Positions 25,957-41,600 of a stretch of 64,000 nt of DNA are shown here, one piece after another. The stretch is from Ophelia neglecta (Eukaryota), in NCBI GenBank assembly GCA_965285935.1, contig OZ260661.1:45632001-45696000 (forward strand), read 5' to 3'. Numbering within the stretch: the stretch's first letter is position 1; every line of letters starts with the position of its first letter. Under the pieces are notes generated by a model. It was given only the letters and a program-made list of their open reading frames with translations. It was not told where the DNA came from and searched no databases. Both the position numbers and the translations under genes were made by a program.

Positions 25957-27544
25957 CCTTCGAAAGTACAGTTCAGATGCTAGTTTGTATCACAGCCCTT
26001 ACGAGATCGACTGAGTCAAGAATACTGTGTGAATCATGCCGTATCAATCACTCCCTTGCCCCGGACTTGAATAAAAATTCCATATTTCGGTCCAAATCAA
26101 GTAATTGATCGTTTGGATCGCGCTGAAGCCGGCACTACCGTTTATTGCACTCACATAAGGCCTAGCATAATTTGTGCTAGTTTTGACACCAGCTCCCTTG
26201 GTGTCAATGGCGAAGGTGGAAACCTTCGCTTACATACATAACTATATGTACCCTAAACCTCTATCGATTTAATTGACAGTAGGATTTTAAGCTTTGTACA
26301 GAGTTTCGTTGATTATCTCAAAATATGAAGAATGCGCACATGATCTTTAAACAAAAATACGCTATTCAATTGTTATTTATGAGTAATTTCTTTAGCTCAA
26401 ATGAGGGGGGGGGGGGTATATTATTTTTCATAGTTTTTATTCAGGTAACCAACTAACAAGAGGCCAATTGTTATTCCTTGAAATTCTTACCTCAATTACC
26501 AGAAACTTAAAGTTATACAGGTGACTAGGTAAGCCTGCATATATATATACATATACAAGTGAGAAATATCATTTTCATTATATTACAAAAGTTAGGACCT
26601 ATGGAAATGTTTTGGACCCCCATTTTCCACATTTTGCACTACTGAATATACAACCTCATTGACTTTGACAGATCTCAGGTCTGTGGAACTCATGAAAGGA
26701 TGTTCAATCGTTCAACAGTTCCTGTCACTTCGCCTGTCATTTAACGTATAGGCCTATAGGAATAGATGCATTGATGAAAGCTGTGTTCACTGATTCAGCA
26801 TCAAGTCATTTGGGCTAAATGGACTTTGACAAACGGCTAGCAAACCATGATGGGGGGGGGGGGGGGGGATGGGGACTCTTCCAAACAATCGCATACAAGT
26901 TGCATACAAGTTTGCAGCAGGTGGCTGCGAAACCGTACGCTTGGCTAAGGTGAAGAACATACTCTTGGCTAGGGAAATCTTACAAAAAAAGGTACCCCTG
27001 GCAAGGAATTCTGCCAAATAAAAACAAAATTTGGCCAACCTTTACGAAGTGCCCCTCCCTGCTGCCCCCTCCCTCCCCCACCCGGGACGGGCAATTCCCG
27101 GATATCAACCCTTCTCAAGTTGTTTTAACACATAACAATATAAAACGTAACAATGCTATTGGTATTGATATGGCAGATTGGAACTGGAGAACATGATATA
27201 CATGCGTTAAGGGATATTATGTAAAGATAGATGGCACTGCGGTCCTGCCATATTTTAGGTTACATCATATATATATGACGCATGGTCTTCTTGTTAGATA
27301 CGGTATACTGTTTATATGCCAATATTAATATATATATATCCCCTATATCTATAAATGTAGGATTTAGGTGTTAAAAAAAGAAGTTTAAAATTACAATTAG
27401 TTATCTAAATGGATTTATGTTGTCGTATGTTACGTTTAAAATTAAGAAAATCAGGTTTAATTATAATTTTAAATAATATAATGTATCATTCAAGTGCAGG
27501 CAATGATGTGTGCGTGTGCATGTTTGTGTGTCTGGGTTTACGTG

Positions 27545-27547
<3 letters not shown>

Positions 27548-27609
<62 letters not shown>
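27548..27609. repeat. (GA)n microsatellite followed by a G-rich tract
   Basis: About 30 GA units; G-runs 27611-27682. Confidence 0.95.
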
Positions 27610-27612
<3 letters not shown>

Positions 27613-28859
27613 GGGGCTGGGGTGGGGGGAGGGGTGGGTGGGAGGGGGTTGGGTGGGTGTGGTGTGGTGTTGTGGGGTAGGTGGATCAGATAGGCTAGGA
27701 TACCATTAATTTGATTAAGGATGCTCGTATGACTTCAGTATCAGATTGGCCTATGCTAGGGCAATGAATACGTACATGAAAGGAACGCTTACGTTACTAG
27801 TTGTTGATCAAGAAACAGGATGTTCAAGAGCTTCTGGCGGTAGAGTTCCACAAAACCAATTATTGCAAGGGCGAATGGGCCTATAATATATCAAGGATTT
27901 GATACATTGTTCCCAGCGACCCAGGAATTAAGTCGTATATTAGTAGTTATTGGAAGTAAAATAATTTCATGTTTAAGAGGGATATGAAAACAAATCCCAG
28001 TTCAGGCTGAATGCAAATGCTTTTTTTTTCCGTAGGCCTACATGTTAGCTACGCGCTTTCATGTTTACCAACCGATTTGATAGGACATGATCTACTAATC
28101 ATGGCATATTATGTGTGAATAATTCTATAACTGGACTGGTTTATTGCACAGTTTCCGCAAATTAACAAAAAGAACCTTTTCGTTAGCTTTCAACGTATAA
28201 ATCTACTCGACAAAGAGAAAAGGAAGCCGTAGAAAAATGCAAACCACGCAGATTTTTTACCAACAGAAAGCATAAATTATCTAATTTGAAAAGTTACTTA
28301 ACTGTGAGATGTACGAATCCCAAAACGCACGGTTATGTCTTACAGGTTCGATTTGGAGAGCGTACATTATTTAACGCAAGGGGGAGGGAGGTGGGCGAGG
28401 GAGGTTGATTTTAAACAGAAGCCTGAATTTCTAACGTATTTCTTATCAACCAGTGCGGATTTGAGAGGGGTAGAAAATGGGCAGTGGAACCGACAACAAT
28501 GGCTGGGGGGGGGGGGGGGGGTTGCAAGGGAAGGGCATGGGTGGGGGGCAAGGCGGGACTTGGATGGCTGGGTTGAGGGGGGGGGGGGGGGAGGAGGGAG
28601 TAATTGCAGGGCATCCAGACGTACGAACAAGTATGAGCTATATTCTGGGGTTTATGGATCAAACTTGTCATTCTTTCGTTTCGCTAACTTAATTAGTTTC
28701 GAAGTGTCCTGGAGTTTAGCACTGTGTTATAGATTTGAAGTCATTGGGTAACGTATTTTTTTAACACATAGTACATATTATACACGGTCTAGGGCCACCG
28801 TCTATAAATCCGGAATCAAATAATAGTTTTATATGAATGTACTGTTTAGCCCAAATGAA

Positions 28860-29625
28860 GAACAAAGTAAGGTACGTGTAGTTTCAGATAACACACTGCT
28901 ATCATTCTTACAGGACATTTTTGTACTTCAGATAGAGGTGACAAATAGATTCGAAAATGTTGTTACCAATCTTTAAAGCAATAAATTATACAGGGGTATA
29001 AATATAAAAGAGTGAAAGAAAGAGATTAATGTAGCTCTGTCAAAGGTTTTCTGGCCTTCGAAAGAACCCCGATACCTCTAGATATCTTCCCATAAATATA
29101 TTGGATGTGTACATTGCCAGTAAATGCGGAGTCAACTAAACATATACTTGTTCTCTCCGCTTAGCTTATTTTTTCAATTTTTACGACGACTTTGTAGGAC
29201 AGCACAAATTTACTGCGACGGCCACCGAACATCATACAATTTGTTTTCCCTTCATTATGAGTCAATCTGTTTTATTCAAGCCTATTCGGTCTTTTAAAAG
29301 GTGATGTTATAAATTAGTCTACCTACATCTTTCCCGACATGAATAAATTTAGTCATCGCAAAGGTCATTATTTCAAAGTGATAAATTATATTTGGAATAT
29401 CGTTAATGTAAATTAGAAAAAGTAACGGCCCCAGTAAGGACCCATGGGAAACGCCACATGAAAGAGACATTTGGTCCGGAAGAGTGCCTTCATAGTCAAC
29501 GTACTGTAACCTCCCATAGAGATAACACTCACACCACTGTTGTACAACGTTCCTAATCGCACAATGTTCCAATTCATACAGAAGTACAGTTCGGTCTACT
29601 GTGTCCTTGTGGGTGATTTTCAATC
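28860..29625 (-). mobile_element. Degenerate CR1/L2-group LINE RT fragment directly 3' of paralog B stop
   Basis: DTVDRTVLLYELEHCAIR...YLYGRLQYV...CGVSHGSLLGPLLFLIYINDIPN (CR1-type GVPQGSxLGPLLF.YIND); degenerate downstream part near 28900-29010. Confidence 0.8.
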
Positions 29626-29645
29626 TGCAGTTTTATAAAAACAGG

Positions 29646-32600
29646 TCAACTTTTCTTCATGACGGCGCTGACGTACTGTTCCATTGCTGCTTTTTCCTCC
29701 TGTGGGGTTTGGGGGTTACTGTGTTCGAGTTCCCTGTCAGCTTCCAGCTCTTCCTCGGATACAATGAAGGTTTCTGCTTGGATCTTGCTCTCCCTTTCCG
29801 CCGTGATGCCCTCGTGGCGATTGCGACGGAAGAAGCCCACCTGCAGTTGAAACAAGTAGAGTGAGGAGAGAAACAATAAGATTTCAGGCATCCTAATCTT
29901 GAGATCTAAAACGTAGTGGCATACATATTTATGCCCTGCAGTTTGAAAAAAAGCCTGTATGTTTCGTTAAAACGACATACGAAATACACCCCCCCCCCTT
30001 GATTACCCCCATCCTTTTTATTTCGAATAAAGCGTGTCGACTATAGTAATTTATTGGTTTGTGTCTTTGAGAAATAAGATGAAATAAAATGTACAAGCAT
30101 GGTATGATGTATTATATAGATTGACAGTGTAAACATACAGATTGGCTTTAAAAACCGACCTTCACGAGTAAAATAATAAGAATGATGAGTAGCAGGAGGC
30201 CTGCTAGAACGCCGGCTAAAATCACCCACAAGGGCACGCTCTGATCTGCAGATGGCGGGAGAATTGTTGTCGTGATCTGAATAAAAGGTGCAGAAATACT
30301 CCATAAATATTAATATTTTTGTACATATTTAAGAATATTAGTGAACTATAAACCTAGTATGTTCTTGTATCCCAACACGTGCGTAAACTAGCCCGAGAAG
30401 TAAGCAACCTTTGAGAATTTAAGAAACATTTTAGTAAGAAACATTTCTATGTAAGGAGAATTTAACATCGTTATTCATGGCCGTCTTCTTTGTAAGTGAA
30501 TAATGTACCTTAACGGTCTGACAAAGTCCACAGTCGTCTCTTCCTATAAACATAGGTAACTTGATATCGGACACGAAAGTAAAGCCAGCGGAGCTCTATA
30601 TATATAGACAATCAAAAGTGGTATTCTTTAACATTTTATAATTAACAAAAAATACGTGACAAACTGTTTTCGAACGAAGTGCTCTGTCTGTTTCTGGATA
30701 GGGAACTTGTGCCATATAATGCAATTTATATATCAAATTAATATGAAAGCGGAAATTTGAATTGAGGACTCAAAGCCAAATTATGCCGTGACAAAATGTC
30801 TCGAGACATGGCCCTATTTTTGCAAAAGGGGGTATATCATTTACCAAAAATTGATCATTGAAAGAAAGCGAATATTCCAAAAATAATAATTTTGAAAAAC
30901 AGCTACAAGTGTGAGGGAAAACGCTAATATTATCAATCAGAAATTTTATTCAAAATACAGTCTTTTTACAAACCTGGCATAATGGAAAATAACATACTTT
31001 GTGCAAGACTAATCAAAACATAAGATGTCTACTACTTTGATTAAGTGATAACAAGAAAATTTTATTAAAATCAGAAATCACCTATCATACTTTGATTCTT
31101 AGCTTCTGAAATACGCTTTTATCCGGAGACATTTCCACATCGACTTTATACGTTATGGTCACGGTTTCGTGGGCTGCCAGATTGTGAATCTCACACTCCG
31201 TGTAATCGGTAGGAACCGCCTGAAGATAGGAAAATCACATCAAACCTCATTCAGGATTGAACAAGAAAGAATTTCGGAGCAATACGCGGAACCAAATCAA
31301 TCCAAGACGCAATGCCATAATTGTCATAAAATGGAATGAAATTTACCCTAAGTACTGAAACAAAGGATTCAGCCTTTTGATACCGCCAAATATATATTTC
31401 AAGTTAAAGAGGTGTAGTGTTATTAAAACTATGTAGAAATACACTACAAAAAATAAAACTACAATATGACAACCAGTGGCCAGTATATTACATGTTCGTT
31501 CATGGGTCGACATTTTGGGGGTTTATTTACGTATGATAAGGCTGTCAAAAGTGTTAGTGAATGTTGAGCTTTTGTTTTCGGTAAGGAGCACCCAGCCCGA
31601 TTACCAAAAATTGTACTCTTATGTTTAATTCAGACTCACTATTATCCATAATATTATGCGTGAAACAATATTAACTTGAACAATATTTTATCGACAATAT
31701 CAAAGATTTAAAACATTAAAATAGCTATTGGCAGATTTGGCAAAAGCTAACAGTGCTAAACTATCTGATAAGACGAGTTTAACCAATAAGGTACATTGCC
31801 AATTGTTTTTAAAAAGATGCCAAGATTTCTCAAAAGGTTCAATATTTAGTATCTTGGAGATAAGCGGTTTGTTGTTAGTTATCGCCATTTACAGAATCAG
31901 CAGCAAATTCTTTTCTGTCAGCGGCCATGTCACATAGTATTAATAGTGTGATACCTGCATTATATTGCGTACGATTCATGATATTTTGTTGCTTCCATTT
32001 CCCTCTAATCAATTGCAAATACCCTGATTATAATTATGATGATCATGAAAATGAAAGTAGTGTTTTATTGAATGGAGCACAATTCCTCACCAGTTTTACA
32101 ATTCGTGGTTGGCTGTTATACTTCTGAGTTTGCACATCTCCGGTTTGATTATTCCCATTGCCACCTTCCATCAGACGACAACTGCCGAGTTTAACCCCAC
32201 GTGACCCTTTTAAGACCTGCCGATAAAATATAACACGTTATTTATCATGAAACTGACGGTTTTTCACCTTACTTATGAATAATTACAGTGAAACCTGCCT
32301 TAAGACCACCTCTATTATCAGACCAATACTAATACGAGGACCGGGATTTATAGTTTCAATGTTAAATAACATGTCTCAACAGACCACCTCAGAAATCAGA
32401 CCAGTATTTTCCAGTCCATTGAGTGGTCTTAATTCACAGGTTTCACTGTACTTACATTACCTTCCTCACATGTCAGCGCTGTCACGACAATTGCAGTGAC
32501 TGCTCTGACATAGGGCCTACATGTATATTTGGATGACAATCTGAGGGCTTACAGCTGAGATTGCCGAGGAGGGCCGAAGAAGGCTCGGCAGGTTGTGATC

Positions 32601-35600
32601 ACGCGTGCGAGGAAAACCGCCAACTGAACCACGGCAATGGTTGATGCTCGGCAGTGTTCGGGCAAGCAAGGGTGCGTGGATTAGTCAGCATTTTCCGGAA
32701 TTACTCGGCCGATTGACCACCTGGGATATAGGAATCTGTGACGGAATTCACTACACCAAGAATATGGTACGGTAATCCGTGACAGCTCACGTTACGCTAT
32801 CCTGTGTCATCGGTAGTAGTGCAGTGTTTGTTTAATTGAAACTGTCCACTTTCCATGATTCAGACACAAGGTACGTTCGTTATAGAATCAATAAATTGTA
32901 GATACTACTTTTGATTTCAAAATGTTGATATTCATATTGTTAATTAAATGCCGTGTTTAAAGTTTTTCTGTTAATAATTGTGCTCAAAGGGTATTATTAA
33001 TTTGTTTCAGTGGTTACCGCCGTAAATTAGAATAAAGATGATTTATTGCAAGCATTTATTATATGAAAAAACCTACGATTTTCATTCCATGAACTAGTAA
33101 TAATAATAGTATACTAGCTGGAAACCCTTGGCAACACTCTTTGATACAAAACACTCTTGCCCCACGTCCTTTCACTCACCCCTGCTCTCCCCTACACCTG
33201 CTCCCCCACTCCTGCTACTCCCTCCCCCCACCCCACTTCTGCCCCCTGGGTGCCCCGCTACCATCATCAATCTCCTGCGTCCCGCCCACCTTCTCCTCCC
33301 TCCCCTTCTCCTGCCCGGCCCCCGCCTTCGGGGTTGTTTTGAGAGCTGTAGACAGCAGGTTTCTTGAATAAGGATATTTTTTTAATATGAATTATGTAAA
33401 ATATACAGGTTTGGTTTTTAATCATACTGTAATGAAATATAAAATGTACATTGTACACAAAAACACAGATATAGATTTTATCTAAATTTTGAAAACGGGT
33501 TATTGACATCTAGGCTTCTTGAATTCCAAAATAAGGGCGTCCGAGACGCTTTTTCGCGTTTCACGCAAAGGGGGGGGGGGTCACCCAAACAATTTATGAG
33601 GAGGGGGCATTTTAAGCTTTTGGGAACTATCCTTTGTGCCCCTTTTTACGTACAAGTTTGGGATCGGGACAATCTATCTATATATGTGAATGAGTTTCTT
33701 TCCGAAACGCTTGTATCATTGTAATATAGATAATCAAAGTAGTGCACTTATGCAACCGTTAGACACAGCTGACACCACACGGCAGAAAATTGCAATGGTC
33801 AATGCGATAATTGAAAAGGTCATTTACCAACTTCTTTGTTATGCTAATAATGATAAATTTTAAACTGCCCTATGAACTAGCTATCAATCAATTTAGCCAA
33901 CACGATATAGGCCTACCTGAAAATCGGAAAGAGTGAAAGCGATGTCGCTACGGTCAACAGTTGGCAGACGAATATGTACGGTGAAATAGTGCGCTAAGCC
34001 AAGCCCTCCATTTCGAATGTCCAACACGTGCTTTGCCCTTTGTAAAGCCTTCGATTTAACCCTTTCCGCGGTTGTTTCTATGGCAACTAGCTCAGCGGGG
34101 TTAGAAAATCTAAGATGTAAATAATCAATTTGTCTTAATTTGGTCATAACTGTCATATAAATGGTAGCTGTATAAGCAGTCAACCGTTGTTGAAGCTCAG
34201 GTTATAATTTTAGGTTGAATAAAGCGATATAGGCCTATGCTAACAACATAACAACTGAACTTTTTACCCTTTTCCTAGTAGGCGAGCCTCGTGTACAGCC
34301 GGTATTATTAGTGTGACGTTGTTATTTTTCAGTTCTTCCTTCGTTTCCGTTGAGCGAGTGCTGACAATTGCTGTGAAAGTAAGGTCTTTTGGGGCCAGTT
34401 TTTCGGAACAACACATGGCGAACAATATTGTCTGAGAGGATTTTGGGAGCATCGGATTGCCTATTTGACAAGAAAACACTTCAGAGCCTGTGTCTTCGTC
34501 ATTACTGCCTTTAACACAAGATTGAGTTCTGTATGGCGAAACTGCGATTCCTTGAGTAAATATGAAATCCAAACGAGAATTGTAGGCGCCATCTTCTCCA
34601 TTCAGCATGACGATCTGAAATAGTACATGCTGCTGTTGACCAATCACGTACGTCGTAACACTGGCTTCCATCTCCACCGCCAAATCTGTTCTGCAGCTAA
34701 GATCCCGACAGCTCTTGCAGAAATGTATCTAGCGAACAGATAATGATTAAATAAAAGGTTAATTGGAGAGAAAAAAACAATATGCAAATCGACGCAGAAA
34801 TTCAATGATGGTTATATATAGTATACATATTTTTTATATCAACCTCAGTAACCATTACACCAGATTGTGTCTGATTGATGATCGGAGCCAAGCCGTACGG
34901 ATTGTCTCTTCTTAGCTCCTCGCTGTCATTATCGAGTGAGTAGCGTGTGGTCAAACGGATCGGCCTGATCTTATCTACTGGGTTTTTCTGCCAATTCACA
35001 AAAAAAGATAGGGGGCACTTTTACCTTTTTTCTTTCCTTAGTGTAATTCACCTGAGATCTTTACTGATTAAATGATTTTGGAAAGTCCTACTAAAGTATA
35101 TAACAACATTGAAATAGCCTTGTGTGATGCAATACAATTATATATTCAGCATTTCGCTAATGAATAACGTCATCTTTGCTACAAAGTATGAGAACGCCAG
35201 CTACATATACGTGACTTACTGGCACTTGGAATATGATCTTTTGGTTGGTTTCCTGCTCTAGTCCAAGTACTTCCCGACATTGCCCTTCCCTCGCCGTATT
35301 CCCGTACTCGATCACGCGAGCTCGGCGTGTAAGTGCTTCGTAATCGTCCATAGCGATATCCCAGTTAATTGCTGCCAGAAAAAAAGTGCTTAGTGACACA
35401 ACTATATAGAAAGCTCCTTTTCAATGCCAAAAGAAAAAAGATATTGATATGAATCTACGATCTGTAATAGCTCACTATTAACAATAAGTAAGATAGCCGT
35501 CATAGAGCGCCAGCTGTCGGGAAGGCGGTAAATATTGGAATCGCAAAATGTTCGGTAATGCCCCGGCTTTTCGTCTTTCTGAGTGCCTACAAGTCCATGA

Positions 35601-38600
35601 TTAACTAATCCGTAAGGCTCACCGTTAGTTCGCGCCAGAGCTTTGGGTTTGTTCGAATGCCAAGAGAACTTGAAAGTAACGGCAAAGCAAGGAACGGTTT
35701 TTCCTGAATCCAACACACACACTTTGTCCTCAGCTTTGATACACTTGTCTTGGAGATCCACGGTTGTCACTATTGTGATGACTGGCCGAGAACGAACGAC
35801 AAACACTTGGTCCGAATCGTAAGCTCCGACACCAAAATCTACTCGAAGGCGAATCATGGTGGCAGTATTGCCCATTTAATAAAGAGATAATTTTATCAGA
35901 TCAAATTCCTTTGATCAATGTATACCAACAAGTTCAAGAGTTTTAAACTTTTTCAAGTGAAGCAGAATGAGAATGTCCTAGCTAAAATGTTACAATACTT
36001 GTCAGCTAGCGTTACCGTCGTATTCGTTTCCATCGATGTCAAATGCTCCCGCCATCCCATATCCTAGACCACGTGGCTGTCCTGGCAGCTCATTGGCTGA
36101 TATTCGCTGAGTATAGTTGATGGATACGCCGTTAGGGGAGCCATTAAACACATACACAGCGCCACGATTGTCATTCTCATAAGGAGCTGCTACTACTATG
36201 TCTGAGTGAGGATAATGAATTAATTGTTGCAATAAGGACTCTGGCTGCCAGATAAAATGATACTGTCTGAAGTTATGACAACCTTTTTACTGTCCGAAAT
36301 ATACAGAAACCATACTTGTGCAAAATTATTATAGTACATGTGTAAGCTATATTGTAAATGTTTACTGACCGTTGTAACCATCGCCATCCAAATCTCCAGC
36401 GGAAGAGATAGTAGTCCCAAATCTGCTAAACTGTTTTTCGTGCTTCAATTTGGGTCCTTCTCTTAAGTCACCCTGTTTAAAAGTAACTCATTTGAAACCG
36501 TCTTTATAACACGATAGCTAATGTTTATAAAAAAAATCTCTTCCTTCACTATTTAAAACACATTCAGATTTCAAAAGAAAGCAAAATGTGCAAACAGTAG
36601 AAGAATTACATGTATATACATGTACATGAATGAGAAATTGCGAGGTAGTCCCTACCGTAATTTAATGTATTTGGAAGAGTAGAGTCCTACGCGAGCTTGG
36701 GTTTACCTGAGTGCCATAATACACGTACACCAGACCCTCGTCTCCTTGGCGAGTCGTGTAGAATGGGGCTCCAACAAAAAGGTCGTCCCAGCCGTCTCCG
36801 TTTACATCAACAGCCAATAGAGCAGATCCGAAACCAGACTTGTACTGGATTAAAAACAAATATTTAAAGTGAACTTACATATACTGAACAATAACCCGTG
36901 TTATGCGCTATGTTCTTTGAACACGATATTTTAAATTAATCATATAATTATGCTAAAGTTTAAAGAATTAATTGAAAAAAATGTCTCGTTATTGAATAAA
37001 AAGCTAAAGTGGCAGTGAACTTACTTGTTTTGAAGTTAATCGTTTTAATATGATTGAATTGTGGCCTTCAACTTGGTAAATGATAACCTAAAACATTGAT
37101 TAGGTTATGACATATAATAGATTATAATATCCTTATATTTTCTTAATATGCACATATTACATGTATATTCTGAACGAATTGTATGATAGAACTTCGTCTC
37201 AAATTGAACAGATCATATAATAAATGCGTAGAAGCGATTGTTCTAGTGACATATTTAAAATAATAGATATTCATATTGTCCGTTTCAATCTATGACTTTT
37301 AATCCAACCTACTAGACAAAATTGCAACTGGAATGTTTCCCGAATACTGAATCAAATTTTCTATATCACCAAACAAAGTCCCAAGAGACATTCCCCTATA
37401 GTCAAAGATGATAGTTAAGCTTCCAGACACTGTTATGTCATAGGTAGTTATTTTTTTTGTAAATACATTGTAGGTAAGTTGTCCCTAAATCGACCTTTTC
37501 ACTGAGCCGCGCCAGTGTCGAGCTATGCTTCTTCCCAAGTCCAATTTTATAATATAGTAAATAAAGCATTTCATTTCTATCTTTCGTATTTGATTTGTCT
37601 TTTAAGTATATCTTGGAATTAAACTTTGAAAATACATGAATTCAGATGAACCATTATAACTAGCTAATCTGTGGTATCTTGTCTCGCTGCAGTTTACTTA
37701 CCTACCTCGACTGCGACAATGAAACCATTCACTTATTGGGTCGCGCATACCAGTGACAAAAAAATGGTTCAAGCATACGCCCTATTACAAGACCGGGCGA
37801 AGGGAGAGAGGGGGGGGGGGGGCATTTATTAATCAGGATTGCGTTGAAGGGGGCCCGCGCAGTTGTTAGTTTCCATCCTCTTCAATAAGAGAAATATTCG
37901 CGCTGGGAGAATTCCCTTTTTTATATTCAGTTTTCAGTTTCTACCCTCAAAAGACATTAACCTCTCAAGTTTATCTTAAGATGATTTTTTTTGCTAGCTA
38001 AAGTCATTCCGAGTATATCGACCAAATTTGTTTCCACTACAATTGTGTCTATAGATTAGATGCACTGGACTCAAATATTTAGAATTTTGGTACATTTGGA
38101 AATTGAATAAATATACTTGTCCTTCCTGATTGTAGTTCGGTGCTCCCGCCACCAAATTTAAGGAGTCTTTTGTACCGCTCAAAATATTGCCGGTCGTGAC
38201 TGCGTAGCCTTTTCATTGCAAAGAGAAATAAGCACATCGAAGACAAGTTGTATTGTGATGTTTGTAAAAGTAGTTCCGTTGCTTAATAACTGAGCAAGTC
38301 GATATTCACTCCAGGCATGAGAAGAATCGCACCTTAACATTAAATCAGTCAAATTAATTTCACTCCTTACCGAGGTTGCTATTCTCCTGTACAGAATATG
38401 TAATGTCGCTGATAGAGTACCTTTTGGCGGTATTTGGCATGTACACGTCTACCCCACCTAGTAGTAATACATTAAATCCATAAACAAGCAATCGGAAAGT
38501 ACAGGTAAATTTATTGAGAGGAAATGATAATTATTACAAGTTTGATCAATCACTTATATTATATATATATAAATGAGAGAGTTGAGACCGGGGAGCTATG

Positions 38601-41600
38601 ATTTATTATTTATTTGTATATTATTTTAACAGTGGGTCTGGGCGTTCTATATCATATTTAGAGAATCACAGCGAAATATTTTAATGGTTATCGAATAATG
38701 AGCTTAGGCCTTTGCTTATCTAATAGCGAATTATGTGGTTTGATTTTAAACATATAATTTAAAAAAAGGAATAATACCAAATCTGGTTCCTTAATTAAAC
38801 AATAAAACATGTTCAGACGAATTATGTGTAATAAATTTACTTGTAATTTTTGGTAATGTAGGCCTATCACCAATTTGCGATGCTAATGTTCGGGGATAAG
38901 CAATTAATAGATTCTCATCTCCACCCCATCCAGAACAAAAAGTGTCAGTTTATCTATAAAAAAGATATATTGAGAACAGAACATTACCAGATGTATCCAA
39001 GGATCTCTGTGGAAGACCCGGCCTGCCAATGTATATGTTATTGTCCTGAAAAATAAAGTATCACTAAGTAGAGTTTAGTATGGCGATAAAACCCCATGGT
39101 GGTGGGTGAATAGCGGCGGTTGGTGGGGGACGGGGGCGGGGACGAGGGATCTGGAAGTACGATTCACGCCAAAAAAAATTATTTTAATCTGGCGTGAAAA
39201 ATGAATATACCGAATGGAAAAGGTACCATTAATTAACAAGTAGGCCAGAGAGAAAGTGTTCGCTCGACTACCTCCATAACTCCAAATCCCCCGCCCGCCC
39301 GGCTAAAGATTTGTCCTTCTAAATGTAGTCGATAATACAACATGTCATTGTTTACTGTATCTTGGGATACGGTATACTCTACTTTTGCCACATGGACCGC
39401 CATTCCTGACAAAGAAAACCCCTGCAGCCGTTTGTACTTCATGGAATTGTTGTAGTAAATGCGTTGGACAAAATCTGAATCTGTGAAAAACCGGATGGTT
39501 TTAGTAGTTCCTCCTTGCAGGTGTCCCTCGTGTACGTAGCAGATTCCATCGGGGGTCGACTCATTGTAATAGTTATTCCATGCGGACTGCAAGTTGTTTC
39601 TCCACAGATGTCCACACGCCTGTGATGGAGAGGGACAGGCATCATATCAAAACTCTCAATCATATATATCAGGTTACATGTGTTCATGTTACTTAATCGA
39701 ACATTAATGAAACTATATTGTTGCGCATCGACCAAAAAAGAGAAAAGAGTATTCAGATAACTTAACTGTTGTAGGGCGGACGAAGGCCAACCCTCGCTTG
39801 TACCAGAACAGCTGGTCCGTAATTTAGACCTAATATGAAAACTTGAAACTCACTATCATGCGTGAAGGAGAGCCGGCCCTGGCATCGACAGATACCCCTA
39901 AAAACTGACCATCTTTAATATCGGACCACGCCCTGAATCTGTATGTGTTACCTGTATACCCAAACAAAGAAATGATGGAGATAAAAACAGCAATTCAAGC
40001 GGGTTATTCCTGCTACATATAAGCCAATATAGGAAAGGACACCCTCCCGTGCATGGTACGGATTATTTAGGTAAAACATGATTATTTTTCAGGAAATTTT
40101 TTCAAGAAAACCTTCTTGTTATAAAAAATTAAGAAAGTACATTTTTCTTTTAATAGTCTCGATCCACAGTAATATGTTATAAGACTACTGCTTTTCACCT
40201 CGTGGGTCAGTGTATATGGGTTTGCAAATATTTACTGCGGGCTTTTGGAGCCTGACTGGTTTTTCTTGTTCACTTAAAATACTAGGAACCACAATGATTT
40301 CCTTTAAAAAAAGTCTATGCCAAGTATCGAGGGAAGGCTATTTTTTCAACATATGCAGATACATCCAAGTGTAATTTGTGTATTATCTATTTTTTTGGCA
40401 GGGTATGATTTACATACAAAAGAGAGTCACAGAGACTGAAAGAGAATGAGAGCGAATTCAATTTAAAATGAAAAATCAAAATGACTTGACAGCCCAAAAG
40501 ATATAATATGGATTATTTTACTAGGCCAGTTACAAATATTTATCAATTATATACATGCCTGTAGTGTCCAGGACAATCTGACTACAGGCTAGATCTGATA
40601 GGGTGTTGAGTGGACACATGTATATTGCTCCGGGAGACACTAAGCGTGGCTCTGCAGTCGAGTTGGCACGTGGAGCACCCACCACCAGCCTATGAGTATA
40701 ATATATTAACAAATTAAAATACACAATTGTTTGGGTTAGGGTTTTTCTAGAAATTTTACTCATGGGAAAGTTGCAATTCATTGTTTGACAACCACCACCA
40801 CCCCCTTCCAGACTCACAAGAAATGACAACACCCAAATATCTGGACGCACATAAAAAATTAAACCCGTCAATCACGGGCATATATAAGTTGTATTTCAGC
40901 ATCCGGATTAGCAGGGACACATGTTCAAAATAAATCCCTAAATAGACCTTATTTAGAGAGAACGTATTTTGAGCCACATATTTTGGTTTAAATTGGGTTG
41001 GTCATATCTGCAACGTTAGTCACCTTATAAAATTACAAGTACATTCCGTTGGCTAATCTTATGCCCATCTGAGCTGGTTAGCAATTTTGTTCACAAATGT
41101 ATGTGCCAGTGAAACGCCCACGCAGTTAAAAAAAAAATCTGCATGCACTGACACTATTTTCGTGACACCTGTTTAAAGAGACGAACTTCTTTAAAAAAAT
41201 CAGTCCAGGTTGGGACAGGGTATCATCTGCGGTGATTAAAGTATGTGCATCATTTGCTTCATCATTTGATCATTGAATATTTGAGCGAAAAGGTTACCAA
41301 AGTGCCTCCAATCTTTAAAAATGGCGATCATGCAGCTTACTCATTACCGATCAGTATGTCCGGTATACTCGTTTTCTCTAAAATTTATAATCGTAATATG
41401 TATACACCAGTGCTAAACTTTCTTGATAGGCCTCTGTTCCGCATCAGCCTTTGGTTTTCGTCAGGGCCACTCTACAAATATGGCTCTGATCATTTTGGTT
41501 GAGAAGATTTAAGCTTCAATAGATGATGGTGACTGCAAGATATTAGGCTTTTTCTGCTCGATTTTTCTGTAAGTTTTTTGACACTGTCCGTCATGCATTA

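Noticed and set aside
27409-27709. ORFs with RERERE/G-rich content
   Set aside because: Translation of the (GA)n microsatellite and G tracts; no splice or homology support.
28335-28751. Gly/Pro-rich ORFs at poly-G/poly-C tracts (also 33128-33371)
   Set aside because: Low-complexity homopolymer tracts that recur across the window.
29601-29864. Plus-strand ORFs recurring opposite each last exon (also 15818-16054 and 47455-47736)
   Set aside because: Antisense shadows of the conserved integrin tail exon, not a separate gene family.
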